Below are positions 9,985-22,953 of a DNA stretch of 64,000 nt, in pieces. Position 1 is the stretch's first letter. Every line of letters starts with the position of its first letter. Position numbers and translations under genes: made by a program. The notes beneath the pieces were generated by a model. That model was not told where the DNA came from, ran no database searches, and saw only the letters and a list, made by a program, of their open reading frames with translations. Source of the stretch: Paraspadella gotoi (lineage: Eukaryota; Animalia; Chaetognatha); assembly GCA_051294375.1 (NCBI GenBank), contig CM119263.1, forward strand, positions 1,228,510 to 1,292,509. Reading direction: 5' to 3'.

Positions 9985-12783
9985 GTTTGGAAAGGTTTAG
10001 AGCAACTTGGAGCAACCTTTGGATTTCCTACAACTACATTCTTGTTATTAAGTAGTATAGTCAATATCTTCTTGCGGAAACTCAAAGTCCTTTACATGGA
10101 CGAACAACAAGGTCGTTTGACAAAAATTTTTTGTGCAGATGTTTTTTATGAACCACAAAAATAATTTGAGTCATTCTTGTCTGATTACTTTTTTATTTTC
10201 CATATTTGTGTTTAAATCAGGGTTGGCTTAAAAAAAATCAACCCCAAAAACACCAATAAAAAAGCCAGAAAAAACCCAAAAAAAACAACTAAAAATTTTT
10301 TAAAACTTATTTCATATCGGTGTTTTTATTAAAAATAATCACATTATTTTATAAGATTTCTGTTTTACAAATAATATAATTATTATGATTTATTTAGAAC
10401 CCACGTGGGCTGCTAATTTTTTAAAAAAACACAGTTTTTTTGGTCCATCGCTAAAGTTGGCGAGTTAAACTTTCTACTCTCTATCTCAGTCCTATAATTT
10501 ACTAATCTGAGGCTACACGAAACAACTCCCGGTAGTAACCGAGATAAAACGATTATCGTGCCCAGGTTCTGAACAAGCCATCCAGTCCTAACCAAGAGTC
10601 ATAAACCTCAGCTCTCTGAGCGCCCATCAGGTGTCGGAAGGGCCGAATTCGCTCGCGTCCGTGCGATTGTCCGGATTTGGCCGAAGTCAACTTCGTGGGA
10701 ATCCGATTCAAGAGAGAAAATGATGGAGGAAGACACGTGGAAACACTCGGTGATTGGTCAAATTATGGTATTGTTGATTGGTTCACTCGGGTGTTTGGTC
10801 AATTGGGTTAATTAAGACTGATTGGTTTCAACCATCGTTGATTGGGTCAAATTGGGTTATTGGGGCTGATTGGTTCAATTGAAGATATTGTAATCATTGT
10901 ATCTATTGGTTCATAAGTTCAATGTTTGTTCTAATGAGTTCTCTTAATTAGTCAAGCGATTAATTATCATTCAATGATTCATTGCTTTTAACGAATTGTA
11001 CAACTTTTTTCTGGTTAAAAAAACTTGCACACTAAAAAGAAGAGGTTACGAATCACGACGGAAGTCAGGTTGAACGGTTTTAAGCCGAAGACCTCCCGTA
11101 TTTTTCTTCCCTCCTCCTCCTCCCCCTCGCTCCTCCCCTCCTCCTTAACATTTCCATATTCTTCCTCTTTTCTTCTCTTGAAATTAAAGCATTCGGGAAG
11201 GCGGAATTAGATTATCGCCTCAAAACCCGCGCCGGTGTTGGGGGCAGAACTAATCATTTGTCCCCATCTTTTACCCTTTTCCACCTTTTTTTCCCTTTTT
11301 CTTTTCCCCTCTTTTCCCCTTTTTCCTTCCCTTTTTCCCCTTTTTTCCCACTTTTTTCCTTTTCCCTCTTTTTCCGCATTTTTTTCCTATTTCCGGGATT
11401 TTGCCCATTTTCCTCCTTTTTCCACTCCTTTCCCTTTTTGACTTTTCTCTTTTTCTTTTCCCTTTTCTCTCTTCCCCCCTTTTTTTTCTTTTTTCTATTT
11501 TCCCTTCTTTTCCTTTGTCCTTTTTCCCTTTTTCCCCATTTTTTCCTTTTCCCCTTTTCTCGTTTTTTCCCTTTCAAACCTTTTCCTTTTATTCTATTTA
11601 CCCCTTTGGTTCCCTTTTCCCCCTTTTTCGCTTTTCCCTTTTTCCATTTCCGTTTTTCTTTTTTCCTTTTTTCCTTTCCCAATTTTCCCCCTCTTCCCCT
11701 TTTTTTCCTTTCCATTTTCCCTTTTACCCTGTATTAACCTTTTTCCCTTTTTCTTTCTTTTTCCCTTTTCCCCTTTTTTCCTTTTCCGCCCTTTTTTTCC
11801 CTATTTTTTCTTTCCATTTTTTTCATCTTTTTATTTTTTTTCCTCTTTCACCTTTTTCTCTTCTCCCCTATTTTCAATTTTTTTTCCCTTTTCTCCCTTT
11901 TCCCCTTTTTTCCTTTTCATTTTCCCTTTCCCCCTTTTTCCAATTTTCCTTTCCCTCTCTTTTTCCTCTTTTTCCCTCTTTAACCTTATGTTTTCCATTT
12001 TTCCCTCTTCCTATTTTTCCCTTTTTCTCCCTTTTTTTTCATGTTTTCCCCCTTTTCCACCTGCTTTTCACTTTTCTCTTTTCCTTTTTTCCCATTTTCC
12101 CCTATTTCCATTTTTCCCTTTCATCCCTTTTCCCCCTTTTTCTCTTTTTTCCTTTTCCCTCTTTTCCCTTTTGTCCTTTTCCCCTTTTTTTCCCCTTTTC
12201 CTTTTTTTTCAAATTTTCCCCCTTTCCCCTTTAAAATAAGTAAAAGTTTTTTTCTTTTAGTTTCTTTTTTTTTTGATCTCCCCGATGAAACATCGACTCA
12301 AAAATCAATCAAATCTTTCTGAATTTCATGCGTTGCCATGTCTCATGATTCATATTTCATGTTGTCATTTGTCATGTTTCAATGTCTAACATTTTAATGT
12401 TTCATGTTTCCTTCTAAACGAATTAACGTTTTTATGTTAAGTTTTAATGTTTAACTTTTTTAATGTTTAATTTTTAATATTAAATGTTTAATGTTTAATT
12501 TTTAAATGTTTCATGTTCGTCAGTTTCCATGTTCCATGTTCCATGTTCCATGTCCATGTTCCATGTTCCATGTTCCCACTGTTTGATGTTTCATGTCTGA
12601 TGTTTCATGTTTGCATGGTTTCATCTTTCCATGGTTCGATGTTTCCATGTCTCACGTTTTCATGTTTCGTGTTTCGATGTTTCAGGTTTCCAAGAAAATT
12701 CGCTCCGTGAAGAAATTAGACGGGGAACCTTTGCTTGGCGAATGACGATGACGAAGAAGAAGAAGAAGAAGACGACGATTTAA
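9985..12783 (+). pseudogene. DNAL1: Frameshifted second copy of the last three DNAL1 exons (approx. 9985-10111, 10631-10749, 12686-12783); probably an unpolished long-read duplicate, not a true pseudogene
   Basis: Colinear with 308-3689, introns included. Differences are dominated by single-base indels spread through both exons and introns. Confidence 0.7.
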
Positions 12784-12790
12784 GGGGGAA

Positions 12791-12922
<132 letters not shown>

Positions 12923-12980
12923 CCTCTTTCCTGTCTCTCTCTGTCTCTCTCCTATCATTCTTTCTTACCAGTCATTGTTT

Positions 12981-12986
12981 AATAAA
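12981..12986 (+). terminator. Candidate polyadenylation signal of DNAL1 (AATAAA; ATTAAA at 3857-3862 in copy 1)
   Basis: Hexamer about 170-200 nt downstream of the stop codon in both copies; no transcript evidence. Confidence 0.35.
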
Positions 12987-13137
12987 TTCCTTTCACTATA
13001 AGACTATTAAAAATAAGTCTTCATCTGAATTCTTCATTTCGATAATCTATATAAAAAGGCTCAATGGTCCTCTGCCCGAAAAGAATCACTGACCCAAACT
13101 ATGGGCGATCACGTGATTGGTTGGGGTCAGAGCTCAT

Positions 13138-13209
<72 letters not shown>

Positions 13210-13325
13210 TGCAGTTCTCCTCCGGAAGTCCACTTCTTACGATGGCCTTTTCGTTGTCCGGGTTCACCAATTCGGTTCCAAGTAGAATCCGGAGGGAGAG
13301 AGAGAGAGAGAGAGAAGAGAGAGAT

Positions 13326-13379
<54 letters not shown>

Positions 13380-16231
13380 AAGTGAGGGAAAGAGGGAACG
13401 AGAGCGTTGCAGAGTTTCCTAACTTTTTCCTCTTCTTTTTGTGTTTCCTTCAAATATCAATGGCTCTCTCTCCTCTCTCTCGTCTCTCTCTCTCTCTCTC
13501 GTCCTGCTCTCTCTCTCTCTCTCGTCTTCTGCGTCTCTCTCTCTCTCCTCTCACCCACTTTCGCGCTCTCTCTTTCCTTCCTCCAGTAAGTTTCCGGTCC
13601 CGTCCCGTCCCATGCCTCTTTCCTCTTTTTCCTCGATCCTTATGACAATTCCTCTCTTCCTCCTCTTTCTTCCTCTCTCTCTTCTCTTCTCCGATCCTCC
13701 TCTCTCTCTCTCTTTCTCTCGTCGCTCTTCTCTCTCATCTCTCTCTCTCTTCTCTCTCGTCTCTCTTCCTTTCCCCCTTTTCTGATCGGGCCCGCCTCTC
13801 TTCCTCTCCTCTCTACTCTCGTGATTGCCTCTTCTTTCTTTTTCTACTCCACTTTTATGCGCTTCTCCTGGGATTTATTTAGATAAACTCTCAGTCGTGT
13901 GCTCTTTTCTCTACTCTCTTCTGTCTTTCTCGTCTCTCTCTCTACTCTCTCTAAATTCAGCTCTCTCTCTCTTCTCTCTCACTCTCTCCTCCCGCCATTT
14001 TGTAACTTCCTACTTTTCCTTCTCTACTCTCCGCCATCTTGATATTTTTCCTCCTCTTCCTCCTCCATCCTTCCTCCCTCTCCTCCTCCTACCTCATCGG
14101 CTCGTGCTATCTTGCACGCGCTCGACTGCCAGTCCACGTGTGTGCGTGCGTCAAAAGGTGCGGGGATGTGGGGCGCAGTGCGTCGTCGTGCGTCGTCGTC
14201 GTCCGTGGTCGTCGTCCTGTAAGAGGCGTGGCGGCATTTTTTGAAGTCTCCGGGGGTCCGGAACGAAGCCGGCCCCTCTGCCTCTCTTCTCTCTCTCTCT
14301 CTCTCTCGTCTCTCTCTCTCTCTCTCTTTCTCTCTGCTCTCTCTCTCGTCTCTCTCTGCTCTCTCGTCTGCTCTGTTCCTCGCCCTCCTCCATGGCATCC
14401 CAACCTTGCTTCTTTGCCGGCAAACGAAACTTCGCAAAGCCCTTTTTTTCTCGCAAATTGGCGTTCGTTTTCTCCACGAAGAAAAAAAAAAAAATTCAGA
14501 AAAAACCTCAAATTCGAATCTTTTTAGGTCAATAAAAAATTTAGAGTAATAACTAATCATTCAAGATGTAAACTAAACAATTCAAGTCAACTTTGCAATT
14601 GTCCATTGTGGCTGTGAAATCAATTAAACCAGTCCGGAATCTTCTCGGCCGTTGGAAATGTCACAATTCGGAAGCAACCTCATTCGTCGCACTGACGGCC
14701 TTCTTTTCTTCTTACTATCTTTCTATCTCTCTGTTTCAACATTCTCTTTCTATTTTCATATGTCTATCCTGCGCGTCACTATTTTCTGTTTTTCTTTCCA
14801 TCCTTCGACTAAACATCAGACCTGCGATTTTTATTTTTTTCTTCGCTTTGTTATAATTTTCTGTACCTTTTTTTTTGACAATGGTCAAATTTTTTTTAGA
14901 TTTTAGTATCATTTTTTTCCTTTTCTATTTCACAAAATCGTGAAACCCAATTTTCCTCCTTTATTTTGCGGGTCCATGAGTACGATGCGTTCATTGGATG
15001 GAAAGCTGCTCCAAATAAAGCCTCTTCAGCGTAGCATCTTGATTTCTTTTTTTAAAACGGCGAACCAAAAATTTGGGTAATTTGTGTTTCTCAAATTTTT
15101 GCCTTTTTTTTATCAATGATTCTCACGAAGCTCAACTTTGGAACGGCAGAGAACGCGAGAGGTCCATAGACTGAATTGCCCTTTCGGCTTTCTTTTTCTA
15201 AAAAACGCTTCATTCAAGCTTGAATTTAGAACTGAAATTGTGTTTTAAAAATTTAGATTAATGGGAAATAAAAGGATAAGGTATTTGGTTAGGGATTAGG
15301 GTTAGAGACTGTTGATGATTAGTGTTAAGGATTAGGATTGAAGATTAAAATTGATTAGAATTAAAAGGATTAGTTTTAGGATTAGGATGAATTAAGGTTA
15401 AATTAATTTTAGGGATGAGGAACAGAAAATCTGGGGGTTTTTCGGGAAATATTGATTCTCTTTCTGATTACTAGAAAGTGGGGATGTGCATCGTTTCTAA
15501 CTATTTTAGTAATTTTAAATGAATTTGGTACCGATCGATAGAAATTCAAAAATATTATCTACATACAAAATTTCATCAAACATCGGATAATCCGTTCAAA
15601 AAGTTATGGCAAAAAAACGATCTCGAAATCGCGCTTCGAATCGATCAACTTTCACTTAAAATTGAACTCGTTTTGATCCAATAAGGATTGAACTACGCGT
15701 AGTACTAAGCTTTAAATCGGTAATCGAGATTAGGCGCAATCCGGGCCTCGTAAGAAGTATTTGAAGAAGCAAACAAGGAAAAGAGGTAATCATTAGAAAG
15801 GTAAATGATAAAAATAAAAAAATTTAACAGATATGTAAGATAATCATAAGAGAACAAAACAAGTTATCATGCAAAGTATAGCGAGTGATATCGCCAGCAA
15901 AATTACTATTTAACTAACGCAATTTAAATTAATTACGTTAATTCAAGATCAGGAATTAAAGATTGAGATTCCACTATCGTCACTTCACGATTAATTTTTT
16001 ATTTTTGAATCATTTTCAAATTTGACGAAAATTGATTTTGACTATGATAACAATAAAAACTATGATTAAAAGAATGATTGATTATGACAAATTGATAAAA
16101 TGAATAAAATTAATTAAACTAATAACGATACGATGTTTAATATTTGTCATATCTGAATCCTTATTTTATTATAAATAAGTTTGAGCAAAACAATATCGGA
16201 TTTGCCTACAATAATTTAGTGCCAATCAGCT

Positions 16232-18255
16232 AAAAAGTATGCAAGTTGAAAAAAGTATGCAAGTTGAAAAAGTATGCAGTTGAAAAAGTATGCAAGTTGA
16301 AAAAAAAAGTATGCAAGTTGAAAAAAAGTATGCAAGTTGAAAAAAAGTATGCAAGTGAAAAAAAGTATGCAAGATATGCAATTTAAAAAGTATGCAATTT
16401 GAAGAAAGTATGCAAAAGTATGCAATTTGAAAAAATGTATGCAAAAGTATGCAATTTGAAAAAATGTATGCAAAAGTATGCAATTTGAAAAAATGTATGC
16501 AAAAGTAATGCAATTTGAAAAAATGTATGCAAAAGTATGCAATTTGAAAAAATGTATGCAAGTATGCAATTAAAAAATGTATGCAAAAGTATGCAATTTA
16601 AAAAATGTATGCAAAAGTATGCATTTAAAAAAGTATGCAAAAGTATGCATAATTGGAAAAATTATGCATACTTTTGAAAAAAGTAGGCATACTTTGAAAA
16701 AAGTATGCTATTTTTTTGAAGTATGCATACTTTTTTCAAAAGTATGCATACTTTTTCCAATTATGCATACTTCAAAAAAAGTATGCATACTTTCTTTTCA
16801 AAGTATGCATACTTTTTCCAATTTATGCATACTTTTTTCAAAAGTATGCATACTTTGAAAAAAAGTAGGCATATTGAAAAAGTATGCCTAATTTTTTGAA
16901 TTATGCATACTTTTTCAAAGTATGCATACTTTTTCCAATTTATGCATACTTCAAAAAAGTATGCATACTTTGAAAAAAGTATGCATACTTTGAAAAAAGT
17001 ATGCATACTTTTTTCCAATTTATGCATACTTTTTTCAAAAAGCATGCATACTTTTCCAAGTATGCATACTTTTTTTCCATTATGCATACTTTTTTCAAAG
17101 TAACATACTTTTTTCAAAGTATGCATAACTTTTTTTAAAGTATGCATACTTCAAAAAAGTATGCATACTTCAAAAAGTATGCATACTTAAAAAAGTATGC
17201 CAACTTCAAAAAAAGTATGCATTCTTCAAAAAAAGTAGCATACTCAAAAAAAGTATGCATACTTGAAAAAAGTATGCATACTTTGAAAAAGTAATGCATA
17301 ATTGGAAAAAAGTATGCATACTTTTTGAAAAAAGTATTTTGAAAAAAGTACTTTGAAAAAGTATGCATACTTTTTTAAAGTATGCATACTTCAAAAAGTA
17401 TGCATACTTCAAAAAAGTATGCATACTTCAAAAAAAGTATGAACATCAAAAAAGTATGCATTCTTCAAAAAAGTATGCATACTTCAAAAGTATCATACTT
17501 TGAAAAAGTATGCATACTTTGAAAAAGTATGCATAATTGGAAAAAAGTATGCATACTTTAAAAAAGTATGCATACTTGAAAAAAGTATGCATACTTGATA
17601 AAAAGTATGTATACTGGAAAAATATGCATGCTTTGAAAAAAAGATGCATACTTTGAAAAAAGTATGCTAACTTTGAAAAAAGTATGCATATTAAAAAAAA
17701 GTATGCATATTCTAAAAAAAAGTATGCATACTTCAAAAAAAAAAAGTATGCAACTTCAAAAAAGTATGCATACTTCAAAAAAGTATGCTACTTCAAAAAA
17801 GTATGCATACTTCAAAAAAGTATGCATACTCAAAAAGTATGCATACTTTAAAAAAAAAGTATGCATACTTGAAAAAAGTATGCATACTTTGAAAAAAAAG
17901 TATGCATACTTGAAAAAAGTATGTATACTTCAAAAAAGTAGGCATTAATTTTTTCAAAGTATGCATACTTTGAAAAAAGTATGCATACTTTGAAAAAAGT
18001 ATGCATATTTTAAAAAAAGTATGCATACTTCAAAAAAAGTATGCATATTTTAAAAAAAGTATGCATATTTTTAAAAAAGTATGCATATTTTAAAAAATAT
18101 GCATACTTTGAAAAAAGTATGAATAATTTGAAAAAGTATGCATACTTTGAAAAAAGTATGCCTACTTTTTTTAAGTATGCCTACTTTTTTTGAAAGTATG
18201 CATACTTTTTTCAAAGTATGCATACTTTTTTAAAATATGCATACTTTTTTCAAAG
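16232..18255. repeat. Composite AT-rich satellite: 17-18-mer AAAAAGTATGCAAGTTG, then 29-mer AAAAAATGTATGCAAAAGTATGCAATTTG, then approx. 20-mer with palindromic core AAAGTATGCATACTTT
   Basis: Direct reading; about 100 GTATGCA-type cores. Confidence 0.95.
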
Positions 18256-18265
18256 TCACGTCACG

Positions 18266-18532
18266 TCAATGAATGACTAGGCATCGCATCAATGAATGAC
18301 AATATCGATCAATGAATGACTATCATTCGCATCAATGAATGATTATCATCCGATCAATGAAGGACTATCATCCGCATCAATGAATGATTATCATCGCATC
18401 AATGAATGACTATCATCGCATCCATCATTGGTTATCATCGCAACAATCCTTCGTTTATCATCGCATCAATATTTTGGTTATCATCCGCATTCAATATTTG
18501 GTTATCATCGCATCAATATTTGGTTATCATCA
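18266..18532 (+). repeat. Approx. 22-bp tandem repeat CATCGCATCAATGAATGA(C/T)TAT drifting to CATCGCATCAATATTTGGTTAT
   Basis: About 12 degenerate copies directly after the satellite. Confidence 0.88.
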
Positions 18533-20040
18533 AAAGGTAGGCTCGATCCCTATTGCTTTTAAGATTTTTATTGAACGGTTTGTGTCACTATCACATAACA
18601 AATAATAATGTCTCTTCAAGAGAATAAGATAAAGAGACTAACAAGGGAACAAACGACGCCTAGTAACGCCAATATCACGGCGTGAAATTCAAAACATTTC
18701 ATACAGACCGCGTTCTAAACGTAAAAATACGGTAAAGCATGTTGAAATATGTATTTATCTGGCCCGGATCGCGCATGATCAATGCTTATTTTTAATGATG
18801 TCCTCATTGGATAACCTACGTCAACCATTTTCAATAACGACCGAACGCGCTTAAAAAAGCTTTAGCGTTCAAAAACTTGATATCCTTTCTATTTGCTCTA
18901 AATTTAATATAAACTCCTCTAAATTACCCCCGCGCTCTACCTGAAACAGATAGTAAAAACATACAGTTTCTTTTCGATGGTCTTAGATAAAAAAAAAATT
19001 GAAGGCTTGACTATGCAGTTTTTCACATAAAAAAACCGTTCATTTGATTGCTTATATCAAGCATTCAAGATTGCAAGAATTTAAACTTTTCTTTTTTTTA
19101 TCTAGTAGAGAAGACAATAAGCTATCCAAACCGTAATGATATGTATGATTTTTTTCTATTACAAAAGATCAAAGCAGTTTTTTTTTTTGGGAAAGGGAAA
19201 AAACGGCCTGACCAGTTCATTAATCTCATTTTTGGGCATGATAAATGGAATTCGATCGCGCTTCTACCTCCGTTTGGCTTCCCAAGCGCCAAGCTTTCGG
19301 AATCTACCCATATTGATATAATTTATATGGGGCCTTGACTATGCAGTTTTTGAATAGAAGTGAAATATAAAGGATTTCTTTGATCGGAACTTCGATTCCG
19401 AACGATGCGCAGCCTACTAAGAAGAAAGTTCAAAAAGTGTCAGGCTTTCTGATAAGTCGCTCGATAAAGGCATTCATTTTCGTGGGAAAGCGGGTCTTTA
19501 TGGTGCAGGGAGTGGCTTCCATCTTCTCTTTCTCTATCATCGCTCTTTTTTCGCATCGCGTTATTTTCTCGTTCCAGCGAATCATCCATTTCCTTTCCCT
19601 TTCGCCAAATTGTGGTTCCATTTTCATCATTTCATTTGTCTTTTCATCACGTGACTCAAAAAATCTCTTTTTTTTTCTCTGGTTCCATTTCGTTCGCCGT
19701 CGCCTTCCGAGTTTCGGTGGAAACGAAGACAACGAAAAACGATTAAAATGCGAAAAAGCGATAACAAAGCGAAGCAGAAGAAAAAAAACACAATCGCATC
19801 GAAAACCGAAAATTTTTCTTTTTTTTTCTTGTGGCGAAATGAAAATGGGGAAGAGAATGGAATAATGAGGATGGATATTATAATCTTAATGGATGAAATC
19901 ATTATAACGTTCGTTGTTGGATTTGTCTTTCTTTTTTTCCTGTTAAAAGGAAGACAGGCGCTCACTCAGGACCATTCTCTTAACTGTTTCTCGCTGTAGA
20001 TCGACCCTCCCCATCCTCATAAACAGCTTTTGCTGTACTC

Positions 20041-20169
20041 GATCCTCAGGCGTTTAATCTTTTCAAAGAGACCGACGCTTTCAAAACCGGAAGTGGGACA
20101 GATGCCGCGAAATCGGAATGAGGCTGACGCCACCCGGATGTAATTGAGTACTTTGAGTTTGAGTTTGAG
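20041..20169 (+). mobile_element. Probable 3' terminus of an RTE-like non-LTR retrotransposon (5'-truncated)
   Basis: Indel-corrected translation DLRRLNLQETDAFNRKW resembles the RTE ORF C-terminal pattern DL..L.L....A.DR..WR. It is followed by a stop codon and a (TTTGAG)3 tail. The pattern is recalled, not searched. Confidence 0.45.
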
Positions 20170-20766
20170 AAAAGGGTGGGACGAGTGAGATAAGCAATCG
20201 ATCCCCGCACTCCTCACACTGAACGCACGGTCTACTCACACTACCAACAATCTCCAAAGGCTATGCCAATCAGGATGAGGGAGCTGCCGCAACCAAATTG
20301 ATCTTTTTGTGGATAAGGCGCTAAGTGTGCTGAAGAGTGAAGAGTGCTTTCCGCAACTTCTTTAACCTCCTCAACCGGGAATGGAACGGGTCTTGGGCTT
20401 GGAACCAGGCTTGGGGGTTTTCCAGGCCCGCAAGGCAGTTTACAGCCGTCCTCACGCTTCCCGCTGGGGAGGTAACGTTGCGGATAGATCCCGGTACCCA
20501 ATGGTCATGGCCTGCCAGTATTACGCAATGAGCCACCGTTTCACGACTGAAAGTGTCGTGCTTATAGGTGGGGTGAACTGAACAGTGAACAATTTGAACA
20601 TATTGAAATGCTCGACAACAGTTCGTTTTCGAAGCTGAGTCGTTAATTAAAAGAATTGGTCTGACCCGGATTTAATTCGGAGATAGAGAGTCGGGAAGGA
20701 TGTCATTCGGACGAAATAAAATTGAAAACAAAATTATTTATGTTTCGTTTTTCATTTTACTTTCAG

Positions 20767-20909
20767 AATTTGAGAAAGACAAAGATGACGACGACGACGA
20801 CGACGATGACGACGATGAAGATGACGACGACGACGAATTGAAATACGAGGAAAACGATTACAAGAATTCTGTCGTAATGTATTCGTCTTTGGCTGCGAAT
20901 CAAAAGTAA
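20767..20909 (+). CDS. Candidate poly-Asp exon of an unidentified gene
   Basis: Strong acceptor ttttcattttactttcag, then open frame EFEKDKD..(D/E)n..ELKYEENDYKNSVVMYSSLAANQK*. No recognisable domain; could be a GAC microsatellite. Confidence 0.3.
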
Positions 20910-21390
20910 TTACGACTGGAAATAGACAACGTTTAACACGCGAACTTTAAATATTTACTACTTAGTGTCTGATTTCTTCTTTCTTTCTTTCTTTCTTTCT
21001 TTCTTTTTTTCTTTCTTTCTTTTTTTCTTTCTTTCTTTATCTCTTTTTTCTATTACTATTTTATACATTTCTTTGGTTTTTATTTATTAATTTCTTTTGT
21101 TGTTTACCTGCAAGCGTAACCTTATATTTTTAATTTTAAAGAATTTGGAGTTTTCTATTTATTGTATTTATTGTATTCTTTTGTACGTGTAATTTCTCAT
21201 TCCATTCATCTATATCTTTTCCTTTAGGCGTTTTTATTTCTCTCTCTCTCTCTCTCTCTCTCTCCTTTCAATTTGTGTTCATTGTATCTCTCTTTTTATC
21301 TTATTATAATGTTATTTTTCGAGTTTTCTATTTCTTCTGTCTAATTAGAGATAATATTATAGGTTGCGAAAATAATATAGCCAAAACCGG

Positions 21391-21429
<39 letters not shown>

Positions 21430-22953
21430 TTGTATAAATTTAGGAGACATAAGATTAGATATTGATGATTAAAATGATTAGAAAGATACAAACTCATAAC
21501 AAGATGTCCAAATTGACGAACCTGAACTAAAACCATCTCTCTTCTCTTCTCTCTCTCTCTCTTCTTCTCTCTCTCTCTCCTTTCAATCATTTCACTCACT
21601 CACTCACTCACACCAATCACAAACATGGTTTCACGGTAAAATCACCGCCACTTTTACGACTTATGCAGGCGAGGCTTTTCATTATGTAAATTCACTCAAA
21701 ATTCCGAGGAAATAAAAAAAAGAACCAAGTTCGACGCCCGTTGCAGTCAAATTATTCAGGAAGTCACGCGAAAAAGAATAACTCGCGCCGAAAATACTTT
21801 TCCAAAATCTGCTTCGCTGTTCTCACTCGGAAAATCCGGATACTAAATTATTCATCCAGAATTTCCGTAATCTTTCTTTCTCTGATGAGGAAATCGTGTT
21901 GTCTATCATTTCTTCCGTACTCAACCAATTAATTTTTCAACGATCAAAAATGGTTTCTTTTTAGTTTGCGCGGCGTAGTACTCGCGGATTAACTCTATTA
22001 AGTCACTTTTTTAGTCGGTTGTCGGTCTGGTTCACTTACATTAAAAATGTACATATTTTGCCTATAGTTATGCTCATTCGTTATTAAAGGACAGAAACAT
22101 CCTCAAATCTAAGCGAGACTCCTAGCGCCTCTCTTTAGGAAATCCTAAAATTATTAAAGAATAAAAGACGGGAATTTCGATGCAGTGCATGTTATAAAAT
22201 ATTGTAGTCAAGCAGTTATTTCATTCACGTCATTCATGTCACGGAAATGCACGTGAAATAAAGGTAACTGCGGTTGCTACCACCCGGATGAACCGTATCT
22301 TGTGGGTTTAAAAATTTCTTTTATCCAACAATTTTCTTTTCTTTAATTTGGCTAATTTTTTAGTCGGTTCACGTGACCTTACCCAAACGCTTCCCCACCG
22401 TTTTCCCCCTTTCACCGCCTCACTCCAAGCAGCCTCTTCCTTCTCCCCATCTTTCCCACTCCTCATTCTCTGTCCTCTCCATCTTCTATCATTTTCCTAA
22501 CCATCTGTTCCCGACGGAAATAAAGATAATTGTATTTTCGAACCGAAAACTCTCGCGAGAGAAATGAGAAACAAAAATCTGTTGAGAGACGAATTCTCTT
22601 TCAACTTTTTTATTTGAGTTTGAAAGAAATCTTCTTGTGGTACCCAGCATTTTCCTATAATGGTTTTAAATTGAAAACCCTCAGTAATATTCCCGATTCA
22701 GTTAAATAAGAGAGCAGGTTTCCAAGCTGTAGTTCTCTTTGGGTCCATCTTTCTAATACGAAAGCAACAAGCTTCCTTCTCTTCAGATTGTTCAAGAGAA
22801 GTCACGTTCAATTTTCATCTCAAACAGAAGAATCCCGACGCTGGTTCCTCACACAGAAAAAACAGACGAGACGCCAAAGGATTTAAATCCGGAGGGAAAC
22901 TGTCGTCGCTACTTTGCATCAGATCAAAGTCACGACTATTCGCTTCTTGATTC

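Noticed and set aside
8899-12783. Tandem DNAL1 gene duplication with pseudogenisation
   Set aside because: Differences are mostly 1-nt indels spread over exons and introns alike, and the copy starts at a 25-N gap. This fits raw long-read error.
15287-15420. Interstitial telomeric repeat (TTAGGG/TTAGG-like); also TTAGG words in 50.5-51.1 kb
   Set aside because: Only two or three exact units inside degenerate ATTAG-type low-complexity sequence.
16216-18026. Numerous MHTF/VCIL/YAYF ORFs
   Set aside because: Translations of the GTATGCATAC satellite on both strands.
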